Below are positions 19,353 to 27,244 of a stretch of 64,000 nucleotides of DNA, piece after piece. Location of the stretch: contig VGZO01000004.1 of the NCBI GenBank assembly GCA_016872555.1, forward strand, positions 3,382-67,381, read 5' to 3'. Numbering within the stretch: position 1 is the stretch's first letter; every line of letters starts with the position of its first letter. The translations under genes and the position numbers were made by a program. The notes below the pieces were generated by a model. It was not told the origin of the DNA. It saw only the letters and a list, made by a program, of their open reading frames with translations, and did not search any database. This stretch comes from Planctomycetota bacterium (GTDB taxonomy: Bacteria; Planctomycetota; Planctomycetia; Pirellulales; UBA1268).

Positions 19353-20852
19353 CTAGTCGTCGTCGCTCCCCTTGCCGCGCGAGCGCGGGCGGGGCGGAAG
19401 TGGCGCTCCGACACGCGTCGCGAGCATGGTGTCGAGCGCTTCCCGGAGGCGTTCACGCACCGGAGCCGCGGCCGCGTCGGCAATCAGATTGCGCTCCTCG
19501 ACGAACGGTTGCCCCGGCGGCGGCGTCGGGTAGGCATACAACTCCTCGGTGATCGTCCGGCGCGACGGCCACTCGACCCAGCGGGTGTAGCGGTGCGCCG
19601 GGCTGCGGAGCGAGTACCCCATCACCTCCGGATCGGCGTTCCTGAATGGCCGGGCGAACTGGCTGAGGGCGACGTCGCGCCCCGGCGCGAGCGGGTCGGC
19701 CAATTGCGGCATGAGACTCCGGCCGGCGAGATCGGCCGGGGCCGGCACGCCGGCCGCCTCGGCGAGCGTCGGGTAGACGTCGACCAGCTCGACCAAGGCT
19801 TCCGTCGCCAGGCCGGGGTGTGCCATCCCCGGCGCACGGATCACCAGCGGCACGCGCGTGTCGCGCTCGAAATTGGTCGCCTTGCACCAGTGGTCCCCCT
19901 CGCCGAGCGAATAGCCGTGGTCGCCCCAGAGGACGACGATCGTCCGCTCCGCCAGGCCGAGCCGGTCGAGCGCGTCGAGCACCCGCCCCACCTGGGCGTC
20001 GACGTAGCTCACGCAGGCGTAGTAGCCGTGGCGCAGGTCCCGCGCCGTCCCCACATCGACGCGTTCGTCGGCCGGGATCCCCCTGTAGCCGGCCAGCTCG
20101 CGATGGTCGGGCCAGGCAATGTCGGGAGCGCTGGCAGGACGGTCCGGGGAGGGCACCGGGCCGAGGGCCGCCGGGTCGTGGAGGTCCCAGTAGCGTGCCG
20201 GGGCGTTGAACGGGAGATGGGGCTTGAAGAACCCGACGGCGAGGAAGAACGGCGCGTCGCCGGCGGCTGCCGCGCCGAGGGCGGCGATCGCCGCGTCGGC
20301 GAGCCGGCCGTCGGCGAAGCCGTCGTCGGCGACGTCGACGCGCTCCCAGGGGAGCCCCTTTCCGCGCCCCGCCGATTCCGGGAGCAGCGCCGTCTTCCAC
20401 CCCTTCTCGCGGAGGAGCGGCGGCACCGACCAGCCCGCCGGATCCTCCTCGCGCGTGTCGCCGCTGGCCACCTTGCCGAGCGACCGGGTCGTCCAGCCGG
20501 CGCGGAGAAACGCCTGCGGCAGCGTGACGGCGTCGGGGAGCGTGTCGCGGAAGCGGTGGCGGTTGTGCCACACCCGGGTCTGGTCGGGGAGCCGCCCGGT
20601 GAGCAGCGCCGTCCGCGACGGCCCGCAGACGGCCTGCGCGCAGTAGGCGCTGAGGAACGTGCGCCCGCCGCCGGCGAGCCGGTCGATGTGGGGGGTGCGT
20701 GCCAGCCGATCGCCGTAGCAGCCGAGCGCTGGTCGGAGGTCGTCGATCGCGATGAACAGCACGTTCGGCCGGGCGGCCGCCGCGGGCACCGCCCCGGCGG
20801 CACACACCACCAGCCAGGCTCCCCACCACGCCGCCGTCCGGGCGAACGCCAT
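19353..20852 (-). CDS. S1 sulfatase, iduronate-2-sulfatase-like
   Basis: ORF 19353..20852 with a signal peptide. NVLFIAIDDLRPALGCYGD..TPHIDRLA..QAVCGPSRTALLTGRLPD closely parallels the recalled human IDS N-terminus (NVLLIIVDDLRPSLGCYGD..QAVCAPSR). CxPxR motif present. Confidence 0.85.
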   Translation of the reverse strand: MAFARTAAWWGAWLVVCAAGAVPAAAARPNVLFIAIDDLRPALGCYGDRLARTPHIDRLAGGGRTFLSAYCAQAVCGPSRTALLTGRLPDQTRVWHNRHRFRDTLPDAVTLPQAFLRAGWTTRSLGKVASGDTREEDPAGWSVPPLLREKGWKTALLPESAGRGKGLPWERVDVADDGFADGRLADAAIAALGAAAAGDAPFFLAVGFFKPHLPFNAPARYWDLHDPAALGPVPSPDRPASAPDIAWPDHRELAGYRGIPADERVDVGTARDLRHGYYACVSYVDAQVGRVLDALDRLGLAERTIVVLWGDHGYSLGEGDHWCKATNFERDTRVPLVIRAPGMAHPGLATEALVELVDVYPTLAEAAGVPAPADLAGRSLMPQLADPLAPGRDVALSQFARPFRNADPEVMGYSLRSPAHRYTRWVEWPSRRTITEELYAYPTPPPGQPFVEERNLIADAAAAPVRERLREALDTMLATRVGAPLPPRPRSRGKGSDDD

Positions 20853-20854
20853 CG

Positions 20855-22321
20855 CTAGTCCTCCACCTGCCCGCGCTTCTTCTTCCCGCGCCCTGTCTGC
20901 GCCTCACGGGCGAGCTGCGCCGGATCGTGGTCGGGATTGGGGCGCATCATCTCGGCCCCCACCTCGCGCCGCCAGGCCGCCAGATCGCCGGCGAGCGACG
21001 CGACGAGGTCGGGCCGCTCGGCGGCGCGGTTCAGCGACTCGCCGGGATCGGTGGCGAGGTCATAGAGCTCGATCCCCTCCGGGTCGAACGACTCGACGAG
21101 TTTCCAGTCGCCGCGCCGGATCGCCCCCCCCGGCGCCGTGGCGGGGTGGTCGCTGTAGTGCGGGTAGTGCCAGTGGAGCACGGCGCGCGGCGAAGCGGCG
21201 CCATCGACGAGCGGCACCAGATCGATCCCGTCGAGGTGCTGGTGCGGCCGCGGGGGAAGGCCGGCCACCGCGAGGCAGGTGGGGGCGAGGTCCATCGTCG
21301 TCACCGGCGCGGCGACCTCCCGCCCCGCGGCGCGGCCCCCCGGCAGCCTGATGACCAGCGGCACGCGAATTCCCCCCTCGTGCAGCGCCCCCTTGTGGCC
21401 GCGGAGCGGCGCGTTGCTCGTGGCGCCGGAGAACCCGCCGTTGTCGGAGGTGAAGATCACGAGCGTGTCGTCGGCCACCCCGGCCCCGTCGAGGGCATCG
21501 AGCACCCGGCCGACGCTGTCGTCGATCGACTCGACCATCGCGGCGTAGACCGGCTTCCCCTGGCGCTCCGCTTCCGGCACCGCCGCGTAGCGCGCGGTCA
21601 CGTCGGCCTTCGCCTGGAGCGGCGTGTGGACGCCGTAGTGGGCGAGGTGGAGGAAGAACGGGCGCGTGCGCGGGCGACGGATGAAGGCCACCGCCTCGTC
21701 GGTGAGCCGGTCGGCGAGATACTCGCCGTCGTGGCCGTCGGGGAGGACATTCCAAGTGGCGCGGAGCGGTGTCGTCGGGATCTTCCAGTTGCCGGCGTAG
21801 GGGAAGAAGTGGCTGCCCGGGGCGCCGTGCGCGTTGCCGCCGACGTTGACGTCGAAGCCGTGGTGCTCGGGCAGCGAAAACGGCTCCCCGCCGAGGTGCC
21901 ACTTGCCGACATGGACGGTCTCGTAGCCGGCAACGCGAAAAACCTCTGCGAGCGTGATCTCCTCGGGGGGCAGGGCGCGCACGAAGCGGGCCTCGCGGAG
22001 CCGGGCGGCGGGGTTCCAGCGGCCACTCGGCAGCCAGTCGGTGAGCAGCAGCCGCGCGGGCGCCTTGCCGGTGAACAGCGCCGCGCGGGTCGGCGAGCAG
22101 ACCGGGCAGGCGGCGTAGGCGGTGGTGAACCGCACGCCAGAGGCGGCGAGCCGGTCGATGTGCGGCGTCTTGTAGAAGCTGCTGCCTGCGTAGCCGACGT
22201 CGCGCCAGCCGAGATCGTCGATCACGATCACGACGACGTTGGGGGCGGCGTGCAGGAGGTGCCCACCCCACAGCACACTCACCGCGAGGACAGTCGCCGC
22301 GAAGGCACGCGCCCGACTCAT
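20855..22321 (-). CDS. S1 sulfatase (Cys-type)
   Basis: Inside ORF 20855..22843. ATG at 22321 (MSRARAFAATVLAV) has GGAGG upstream. NVVVIVIDDLGWRDVGY..CPVCSPTRAALFTGK is present. Its stop lies 2 nt before the next gene's start. Confidence 0.85.
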   Translation of the reverse strand: MSRARAFAATVLAVSVLWGGHLLHAAPNVVVIVIDDLGWRDVGYAGSSFYKTPHIDRLAASGVRFTTAYAACPVCSPTRAALFTGKAPARLLLTDWLPSGRWNPAARLREARFVRALPPEEITLAEVFRVAGYETVHVGKWHLGGEPFSLPEHHGFDVNVGGNAHGAPGSHFFPYAGNWKIPTTPLRATWNVLPDGHDGEYLADRLTDEAVAFIRRPRTRPFFLHLAHYGVHTPLQAKADVTARYAAVPEAERQGKPVYAAMVESIDDSVGRVLDALDGAGVADDTLVIFTSDNGGFSGATSNAPLRGHKGALHEGGIRVPLVIRLPGGRAAGREVAAPVTTMDLAPTCLAVAGLPPRPHQHLDGIDLVPLVDGAASPRAVLHWHYPHYSDHPATAPGGAIRRGDWKLVESFDPEGIELYDLATDPGESLNRAAERPDLVASLAGDLAAWRREVGAEMMRPNPDHDPAQLAREAQTGRGKKKRGQVED

Positions 22322-23856
22322 GATCCCTCCTCTGGCGTGCCCGCGGCCGCGGCCCGTCGCTTCTTCTTCGCCCCCTTCGCCGAGCGGTCGGGCGCGTCGT
22401 TGGCCGGCAGCCTGGCCGCCAGCGCCGCCTCCACGGCGGCATGCTCGGGGCGGCCGGCGAGGTTCGTCCACTCGTGGGGATCGGCGGCGTGGTCGTAGAG
22501 CTCGACGCCGCCGTCGGCGTAGCGGATCAGCCGCCAGCGCTCGTCGCGCAGCGCGTGGTTGCCGCGGCCGTGCGTGGTCAGCGCGGGATGGTCCCACGCA
22601 CGGTCGGGGCGCTCGAGCAGGGGCCGGAGGCTGCGCCCGTCGAGTGCCGGCGGCGTGTCGAGGCCGCAGAGATCGACGATGGTCGGAAACAGGTCGACGA
22701 GCCCCACCGGCCGGGAACAGCGCCCGCCGGGGACCGTCACGCCCGGCGCGATCACGACCAGGGGCACGCGCGTCGAGCGCTCCCAGAGCGTGAACTTGTG
22801 GAGATGGTCCTTCTCGCCGAGGTGCCAGCCATGGTCGCTCCACAGGACGACGATCGTCCGCTCCCGCGCCGGCGAGGCGTCGAGGGCGTCGACGAGCCGG
22901 CCGACGAGCGCGTCGCAGAACGAGATCGACGCCAGGTAGGCCTGGAGCAGCTCGTGTTCCTTCCCTGCGGCACGGACGAGCTCGAGGTCGCCGCGCCGCG
23001 CGGCCGCCATCCGCTGGCCGGCCGCGGGGAGGTCGGCGCAGTCGTCGGCCTTCACCGGCGGGGGCACGATCGCGTCGGGCGGATAGGCGTCGAAATACCT
23101 CCGCGGCGCGTACCAGGGGAGGTGCGGTCGGTAGATCCCCGCGGCGAGGAAAAACGGCTCGCGCGGCGGCGCGCGGAGGATCCGCTCCGCCCAGGCGACC
23201 ATCCGGCCGTCGCCGGAGTCGGCGTCGTCGGCATCGAGCGGGCCCCAGTCGAACTCACGCGCGTTGTCGGGGGGCCGGGCCAGGTCGCGGACCGAGGCGA
23301 GCCCGTTGCGCGGAAATCCCTCCGGCCAGCGGAACGCCTCCGGATCGAGGCCGGCGGCGAGCGCCTGCTGGTAGGGACCGTCGAAGACCTGCGGAAACCA
23401 CTCGTCCCAGTCGGCAACGCGGTTGAAGCCTGGCATGTGATGGTTGATCTTGCCGCCACCGGCGACGAACGCGCCATGGCGGCGAAACCAGCCGGGAATC
23501 GTCGCCACGTCGCCGAGCGCCTCGTGCCAGACGACCGAGTTGTCGTGGATCCCGGTGGCATGCGGCGCGCGGCCGGTGAGGACGGCGACGCGCGACGGGT
23601 TGCAGACCGGCGCAGGGCAATGGGCGTTGGTGAACAGCATCCCGCGGGCCGCGAGCCGATCGAGGTGCGGCGTGTGCACCTGCGGATGGCCGCCGAGGCA
23701 GCCGACCCAGTCGTTGAGATCGTCGACGACGACGAACAGGACGTTGGCCGTCGGCGGCGCTGCGGCGGCGGCGCCACGGGCGGGCCCGCACGCCGCCGCG
23801 CTCGCCACGAGCCCGGCGACGATCGCAACGGCGGCCCGACGCGACCCGCCGTTCAT
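22318..23856 (-). CDS. S1 sulfatase (Cys-type)
   Basis: Inside ORF 22318..25344. ATG at 23856 (MNGGSRRAAVAIVAGL). NVLFVVVDDLNDW..APVCNPSRVAVLTGR is present. ATGA overlap with the downstream sulfatase start at 22321. Confidence 0.85.
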   Translation of the reverse strand: MNGGSRRAAVAIVAGLVASAAACGPARGAAAAAPPTANVLFVVVDDLNDWVGCLGGHPQVHTPHLDRLAARGMLFTNAHCPAPVCNPSRVAVLTGRAPHATGIHDNSVVWHEALGDVATIPGWFRRHGAFVAGGGKINHHMPGFNRVADWDEWFPQVFDGPYQQALAAGLDPEAFRWPEGFPRNGLASVRDLARPPDNAREFDWGPLDADDADSGDGRMVAWAERILRAPPREPFFLAAGIYRPHLPWYAPRRYFDAYPPDAIVPPPVKADDCADLPAAGQRMAAARRGDLELVRAAGKEHELLQAYLASISFCDALVGRLVDALDASPARERTIVVLWSDHGWHLGEKDHLHKFTLWERSTRVPLVVIAPGVTVPGGRCSRPVGLVDLFPTIVDLCGLDTPPALDGRSLRPLLERPDRAWDHPALTTHGRGNHALRDERWRLIRYADGGVELYDHAADPHEWTNLAGRPEHAAVEAALAARLPANDAPDRSAKGAKKKRRAAAAGTPEEGS

Positions 23857-25346
23857 GCCGCCTTCCCCGGGGCGGGCGCGGCGGCCGGCGGCTCGCGGCC
23901 GAAGAAGTAGTCGGGATACCCCCAGCGGTGCTTCGCTGCCTCCTTCTTCTTCGGCTGCCCCCGCACCTCCTCGGTGAAGCGGCGCACGAGGGCCGGATCG
24001 AGGAGCGGATCGGCCGACTCCCGCCGCCAGGCTTCCAGCGCCACCGCGAGCCGGTCGCGGACCGCGGCATGGACGGGGTCGGCGGCGAGGTTGGTGAACT
24101 CGTGGGGGTCGGCGGCGAGGTCGTAGAGTTCGAAGCGCGGCGGGCGGCGCATCGTCGCGTAGCCGGCCCGGACCGTGGCCGGCGCCGTCGCGAGCGCCTC
24201 GATCGCCGACGGAAACTGCTCGATCGTGAAGTCGTGGCCCGGATTGACCTCGTCGGGGAGGAGGTTTTCGATCAGCTTCCAGCGCCCGTCGCGCACGCTC
24301 CGCTGCGGGTAGACGTTGCGCTTCGTGGCCTGCGTGTGGTATTCGGCGAACAGGTGCTCGCGCCATGCCGGCGTGCCGGGGGCGAACAGCGCCACGAGCG
24401 ACCGGCCGGGGAGCGCGTGATCGGCCGGCTGCCCGGCCACCTCGAGAAACGTCGGCAGGAGGTCGATCGACGAGACGAGCTCGCGCCGCACCTGCCCCGG
24501 GGCGATCTTCCCCGGCCAGCGCGCGATCAGCGGGATCCGCAGCCCCCCTTCGTAGCAGGTCCGCTTGCCGCGGAGCATGTCGGCCCCGTGGTCTCCCATG
24601 GCGATCACCAGGGTGTCGCGTGCCTTCCCCGAGGCCTCGAGCGCCGAAAGCAGGTCGCCGACGAGCGCGTCGAGCCGCATCAGGCAGTTGTAATAGTCGG
24701 CGACGTGGCCGCGCAACTCGGGCGTGTCGACGCCGAAGCCGGGCAGCGCGCGGACGTCGTCGGCACCGAGCGGCACTGCGGGCAGGCCGTCGACCTGCCG
24801 GAGGCGCGGATCGTGGGCGTCGGGATAGTTGATCGAGAGGAAGAACGGCGCGTCGCCGGCGGCGAAGAACTCGGCAGCGTGGCGGGCGTAGGCGGCGAGG
24901 TCCTTGCGGTCGAAGTTCGAGATCCCGAGCCGCATGAAGTCGAACGGAAACGCCCCCTCGGGGTTGACGTGGAGCTTGCCGATCAGGCCGGTCCGGTAGC
25001 CGGCCGCCGCGAGCCGGCGCGGGAGGGTGGGGATGTCGTCGCGGTAGAGGCGGAAGCCCCACGTCGCCAGGCCGACCTGGCCGTGCTGGTGTGGGTAGAG
25101 CCCGGTGAGGAAGCTGGCCCGCGACGAGCTGCAGCCGGCCTGCGTGACGAACGCCCGGTCGAAGCGGATGCCGTCGGCGGCGAGCCGGTCGAGCACCGGC
25201 GTGCGCACGAACGGATCGCCGTAGCAGCCGAGCTCGGGGCCGTGGTCCTCGGAGACGATGAGGAGGATGTTGGGGCGGTCGGCCGCGCGTGCGGTCGGCG
25301 ACACGAGGGCGACCGCCACGGCGCCGCTCGCGATCACCAACCACAT
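23853..25346 (-). CDS. S1 sulfatase, N-sulfoglucosamine sulfohydrolase (SGSH)-like, with non-canonical CSSSR motif
   Basis: Inside ORF 23853..25607. ATG at 25346 (MWLVIASGAVAVALV). NILLIVSEDHGPELGCYG..AGCSSSRASFLTGLYPHQHGQVGL parallels the recalled SGSH segment [22 protein letters not shown]. ATGA overlap with the start at 23856. Confidence 0.8.
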   Translation of the reverse strand: MWLVIASGAVAVALVSPTARAADRPNILLIVSEDHGPELGCYGDPFVRTPVLDRLAADGIRFDRAFVTQAGCSSSRASFLTGLYPHQHGQVGLATWGFRLYRDDIPTLPRRLAAAGYRTGLIGKLHVNPEGAFPFDFMRLGISNFDRKDLAAYARHAAEFFAAGDAPFFLSINYPDAHDPRLRQVDGLPAVPLGADDVRALPGFGVDTPELRGHVADYYNCLMRLDALVGDLLSALEASGKARDTLVIAMGDHGADMLRGKRTCYEGGLRIPLIARWPGKIAPGQVRRELVSSIDLLPTFLEVAGQPADHALPGRSLVALFAPGTPAWREHLFAEYHTQATKRNVYPQRSVRDGRWKLIENLLPDEVNPGHDFTIEQFPSAIEALATAPATVRAGYATMRRPPRFELYDLAADPHEFTNLAADPVHAAVRDRLAVALEAWRRESADPLLDPALVRRFTEEVRGQPKKKEAAKHRWGYPDYFFGREPPAAAPAPGKAA

Positions 25347-25389
25347 CCGCCGTTCACCGTGGCGACGGCGCTGGGTTCGGCTGCCCGTC

Positions 25390-25518
25390 CGCCGCAGCCT
25401 CGGCTCGGGCTCGACAGAGGGGGACGCCCCTCGCGCGTCTGCCCTCGCATCGACCCGCAGCCAGTCGGTGACGGGCCGATGCGAGGGCGACGGCGGAGGG
25501 GCTCCGCGGGTCCCTGGG
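25390..25518 (-). repeat. Leader element copy A (about 125 nt), upstream of the sulfatase operon
   Basis: Its reverse complement aligns by eye at roughly 90 percent identity with 25914..26039. Contains a perfect 12-bp stem, GCCCTCGCATCG (25441..25452) / CGATGCGAGGGC (25477..25488), and a GAGGGG..CCCCTC hairpin at 25417..25432. Confidence 0.8.
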
Positions 25519-25913
25519 AAAAAAGGACCGCAGTGGCCGGCGGCCTCATCGCTCGCCTGCGGCGGCGCGGTTGGCCCTTCGACTCCCGAATAGATCGCCG
25601 TGGACATACCCCCTCCCGTTTCCTGCCACCACCGCGCCCGGCCGGAATGGTATCACGGTGCCTGACGACTCGGGCATCGGCAGACGCCCGATGGCGGCAT
25701 CGGCAGGAGCATGGATCGCCGCAGTAACACTGGCAGCGGTAGCGGCACGGCACGGCTCAGAGCAACGGCAACGGCAACGGTCGCAGCGGTAGCAGAAGCC
25801 CTGGTAGCTCAGGGGCGGGTCTCCACCTTCATCCCGTCGTTCTCCATCGAGTCGGGATCGACGAGACGGGCGCTCTGCGAATCGGGACCAGCAATGATCC
25901 GGCATGCCCGCCC
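25519..25913. promoter_or_regulatory. Divergent control region between the sulfatase operon and the NanM-like gene
   Basis: Non-coding by my reading. Contains direct repeats GGCATCGGCAG (25673..25683, 25696..25706) and GCAGCGGTAGC (25733..25743, 25783..25793), a (CAACGG)x3 run at 25763..25780 and an A6 run at 25519..25524. Confidence 0.5.
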
Positions 25914-26039
25914 CCCAGGGACCCGCGAAGCCCCTCCGCCATCGCCGTCGCATCGGCCCGTCACCCCTGGCTGCGGGTCGATGCGACGGCGAGGCGCGAG
26001 GGGCGTCCCCTCTGTCGAGCCCGAGCCGAGGCTCCGTCG
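25914..26039 (+). repeat. Leader element copy B (about 125 nt), upstream of the NanM-like gene
   Basis: Same unit as copy A in the opposite orientation. Stem is GCCGTCGCATCG (25944..25955) / CGATGCGACGGC (25979..25990). Hairpin GAGGGG-CGT-CCCCTC lies at 25998..26012, with an upstream CCCCTC at 25931..25936. Confidence 0.8.
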
Positions 26040-26090
26040 TTCAAGAAGCCACCTGATCTTCCACAAGGTCCATGATTGTCGCACCTGCGC

Positions 26091-27227
26091 ATGCCCTTCT
26101 CCTTCCGTCCCATGATCTCGGCCTGCCTACCCCTGGCGATCGCCCTCGCCGCGGCCGCCGCGCACGCCGCCGAGCCGCTCCGCTGGCAACCGCTCCCGCC
26201 GCTCCCCGACGCTCTGGGCGTCGCCGGGCCGTTCGTCGGCATCCACGGCGGGGCGGTGATCGTCGCCGGTGGAGCGAACTTCCCGGTCGCCCCTGGCGAA
26301 GACCGTTGGACGGTGCCGAAGCGCTGGCAGCAGGGCGTTTGGGTCCTGCCGCGCGACGGCTCCGGCTGGCTCGCCGCGGCACCCCTCCCCCGGCCGCGCG
26401 CCGGCGGCGCCGTCGCGTCGATCCCCGCCGGCGTGGTCTGCATCGGTGGCGACGACGGCGCGACGGCAGTGGCGACCGTCACGCTCCTCCGCTGGGATCC
26501 GGGCACCGGTCAGGTCGTCGCGCGTGAGCTTCCGCCGTTGCCGCACCCGCTCACCGCCTGCGCCGCCGCCGCGCTCGGCAGCGTCGTCTACGTCGCCGGG
26601 GGACAGCGGGGCACCGCCCCCGACGGCGCGACGGCCGCGTTCCTCCGGCTCGACTGCCGCCCCCTCGACCGCGGCTCTCCCGCCGGGGAGCTCCACTGGG
26701 AGGCGCTTCCCGACGTTCCCGGCGGACCGCGGGCGCTGCCGGTGGTCGTCGCCCGGGGCTCGGGCGCGGTCCACGTCATCAGCGGGCGGCGTTCGATGGC
26801 GGGTGGAGCGGCCGCCGCGATCGAGGCCCTCGTCGACCACTGGGAGTTCGACGCCGCGCGGGTCGCCGCCGATCCGGGGTCGGGCTGGATCCGGCGCGCC
26901 CCCCTGCCGCAGCCGGCGATGGCGGGAAGCGCGGTGGCGGCCGGCGCGGCGCACATCGTCGTCGTCTCCGGCGACGATGGCGCGCTGTGGCAGCGGACCG
27001 CGATCCTCCGCGACGCGCATCCCGGTTTCGCCCCGCGGGCACTGGCCTACGGCGCCGCGGCCGACCGCTGGACGGCGCTCGCTCCTCCCCCGGTCAACCA
27101 ACTGGCGACGCCTGCCGTGCCGGTCACCGACGGGTTCATCCTCGTCAGCGGCGAGGTGAAACCGCGCCACCGCTCACCGGCGGCGTGGCGTGTGTCGATC
27201 GACACGGATGCCCTCCCTGTTCCCTGA
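26091..27227 (+). CDS. Kelch-repeat, cyclically permuted mutarotase family protein (N-acetylneuraminate epimerase NanM-like)
   Basis: Inside ORF 26076..27227, whose printed M is a TTG. ATG at 26091 gives the signal peptide MPFSFRPMISACLPLAIALAAAAAHA. WQPLPPLPDALGVAG..GGAVIVAGGANFP and repeated GG-containing Kelch-like blades are present. Confidence 0.7.
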   Translation: MPFSFRPMISACLPLAIALAAAAAHAAEPLRWQPLPPLPDALGVAGPFVGIHGGAVIVAGGANFPVAPGEDRWTVPKRWQQGVWVLPRDGSGWLAAAPLPRPRAGGAVASIPAGVVCIGGDDGATAVATVTLLRWDPGTGQVVARELPPLPHPLTACAAAALGSVVYVAGGQRGTAPDGATAAFLRLDCRPLDRGSPAGELHWEALPDVPGGPRALPVVVARGSGAVHVISGRRSMAGGAAAAIEALVDHWEFDAARVAADPGSGWIRRAPLPQPAMAGSAVAAGAAHIVVVSGDDGALWQRTAILRDAHPGFAPRALAYGAAADRWTALAPPPVNQLATPAVPVTDGFILVSGEVKPRHRSPAAWRVSIDTDALPVP

Positions 27228-27244
27228 CGGTCGTTCTCCTCACC

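Noticed and set aside
20855-25607. Long N-terminal extensions of the sulfatase ORFs as listed (662, 1008 and 584 aa)
   Set aside because: The extensions are out-of-context read-through across the upstream sulfatase genes in another frame. Each real gene starts at an ATG followed by a signal peptide and coupled to the preceding stop.
25334-25753. Cys-rich ORFs (MPCRYRCQCYCGDPCSCRCRH.. and ..FCYRCDRCRCRCSEPC..) that could be read as metallothionein- or RiPP-like peptides
   Set aside because: Two different frames are equally Cys-rich because the DNA is a TGC/CGC-type repeat. The ORFs start at non-ATG codons without an SD, run through leader-repeat copy A and end inside the sulfatase start. They are most simply a by-product of regulatory repeats, and only ribosome profiling could rescue them.
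25691-25792. 33-aa ORF MAASAGAWIAAVTLAAVAARHGSEQRQRQRSQR (hydrophobic N-terminus, basic tail)
   Set aside because: It has no ribosome-binding motif, overlaps the direct-repeat array, and its length and composition are compatible with chance in this GC context.
25801-25830. tRNA-like D-arm string TGGTAGCTCAGGGG
   Set aside because: No acceptor stem, anticodon arm or GGTTCGAATCC-type T-arm follows, so it cannot fold into a cloverleaf.
25390-26039. The inverted repeat pair interpreted as terminal inverted repeats of an IS or MITE
   Set aside because: There is no transposase in the 395-bp interior and no target-site duplication at the visible repeat ends (..gcccgtc / ttcaaga..). Each arm is positioned like a gene leader. 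A MITE-like origin cannot be fully excluded without genome-wide copies.
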